This document shows, piece after piece, positions 62,400 through 64,000 of a DNA stretch of 64,000 nucleotides. Source of the stretch: Rhina ancylostomus (taxonomy: Eukaryota); contig JARFYF010000017.1 of NCBI GenBank assembly GCA_030265395.1, positions 32,252,214-32,316,213 of the forward strand, written 5' to 3'. A program made the position numbers and the translations under genes. The notes below the pieces were generated by a model, which saw nothing but the letters and a program-made list of their open reading frames with translations, did no database searches and was not told where the DNA came from. Position 1 is the first letter of the stretch. Every line of letters starts with the position of its first letter.

Positions 62400-62794
62400 G
62401 GCTGCCATGTCGCAGGACTGTGGACTCGAGGTCAATTCCATGCCCAGACTACTCACCCCAGCTTGAGATCGGTGCAGAATTGAGGAATGCTGCTTGTTTT
62501 GGGACACTATGTTTCAGATGAAATGTTAAACTGCACTCATCTGCTTGTACAAATTACCTCCTGCCATAAGTTGGAGAAGAGCAGTGAGGGTTCACAATGT
62601 CATGGCCAACATTTTTCCCTCAACTAAAACAGGTTGACACTTCATTAATCTCATTGCTGTTTGTGGGATTTTGCTGTGCTCCCTCATTTATCTATGTTAC
62701 AGCAGTCATTACATTTCAGAAATAATTCATAACCGATACGCACTTAAAGATTTCATGTGGATGCGAAAGATACTCTACAACAGCTACTTTTTTT
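62400..62794 (+). mobile_element. SacSINE1-like Deu SINE
   Basis: tttcagatgaaatgttaaac, gaagagcag...tgtcatggccaacatttttccctcaac and cattgctgtttgtgggattttgctgtgc. Confidence 0.8.
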
Positions 62795-64000
62795 AAAACC
62801 AAACAGTAATTTATTATGTTTGGATTAAACAATCACTTATGCTCCATTCCACAAATACTGTAACTTTGCTGTGGTGAAAAAGTTAAGGCTGTATGTTACT
62901 GGACTAACAATATACATTATAGTTATTATGATTGCTTACAGTTAGCTCACTAGTATCACAGCACACTATATTCAAGGGTTAATACATTGCCTTAATATCA
63001 ATCTAATATACTGCTGAGACAGCAGTCTATCTCTAGGTCATACACTTCAGCTGCAAGTTTCAACACTATGAGAAAAGTACATCCAGTGTTCCATTAGCAC
63101 TGGAATTGGCAGAGGAGGTAATGCAAATGTAGGAAAGGGTTGCTCATGATATCAGGTTGCACAAAAGGTGTGCGGTCAGTGCTTTCCCTGTTCAATACAT
63201 TGGATTTACTGTAGCAGTGACTTCTACTGGGAATAACAGAAGAGATGTGTCACAGAAGATTAAAGTCTGGTAGGAAGACAACAGTGACTGCACTGTGGCA
63301 TTTTCTTTAGGAATTCCTGCTGAACATTTGTATGGTGGTGTCATTTTAGGCTTTAATTTTTAGCTCTCTCCAGTTGGCATTGGGAGATCCACAAGTGCAT
63401 CTACAACTCACAATAGGGTTATTTTGCAGGGTCAATGGCTTCATCCCTGATATCACCAACCACCTGAGGCAATGTGAAAGGCCAATACTATTCCATATAA
63501 CTGCAGACTTTCCCCTAACTCAGCAGGGAATTGATGGCAGTAGCCCCACCTCCCTGATTACTTGCACAATTCTTTCACATGTAATGTACAATCCTCACTT
63601 GAAGTGAAAATGTGGAAGATCAGGTATGCCTTTTGTAGCAATGGCTCATAATCTGTGTGCTGATCATTGGTGAAAACAGAATTAATTTTGTGATGTACAA
63701 ACCCATACCAGCTACTCTGGTAACTCAACTAAATTAGTGGGGGGGGGGTGGAAGCTAATATATAACCATGTCTTTCTCCCCACCAAAACCTCAATGGTTG
63801 AAGAACTAATTGTCTGCTGTCTGTTCCAAAGCTTGACTCTTCAAGAGGACACTCATGGAAAACATTTTGGAGAAAAGAGATGATAATAACGACAAGGCTT
63901 TTACCAGAAAATTGGTACTGAGGTGAGAAGCTGGGTGCTGCTTGGCATTAATTGTCTTTCAAAGGGCAGCACAGTCACACCATTTCTGCAAACCTAGATA

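Noticed and set aside
63373-63623. Plus-strand AG...GT exon-like segment with a 77-aa frame
   Set aside because: There is an in-frame stop before the donor and no recognisable homology.

Overview
This is non-coding vertebrate DNA from a draft assembly with many N gaps, not a prokaryotic locus. The repeat families (HE1/V-SINEs with CR1 tails, Deu-domain SacSINE1-like SINEs, LF-SINE-like, CR1, L2, Rex1/Babar, RTE, L1-Tx1 and Penelope-derived fragments) point to a cartilaginous fish, probably a ray or skate relative. No intact host gene is supported. The only recognisable ORFs are decayed retroelement RT fragments, so the window is an intron or gene desert with AT-rich, repeat-poor stretches that may hold enhancers. 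The most notable observations are: (1) degenerate minimal hammerhead-ribozyme motifs in Penelope-derived and hairpin repeats; (2) a young CpG-rich LTR with a 4-bp TSD, whose gap may hide a full-length element; (3) a 162-bp templated insertion placed at a hammerhead-like GUC; (4) a V-SINE with a swapped LINE tail; (5) small TIR elements; (6) weak minus-strand exon candidates. I found no evidence for a novel protein-coding system. All family calls were made by eye from recalled consensus sequences, and boundaries are approximate unless a TSD is given.
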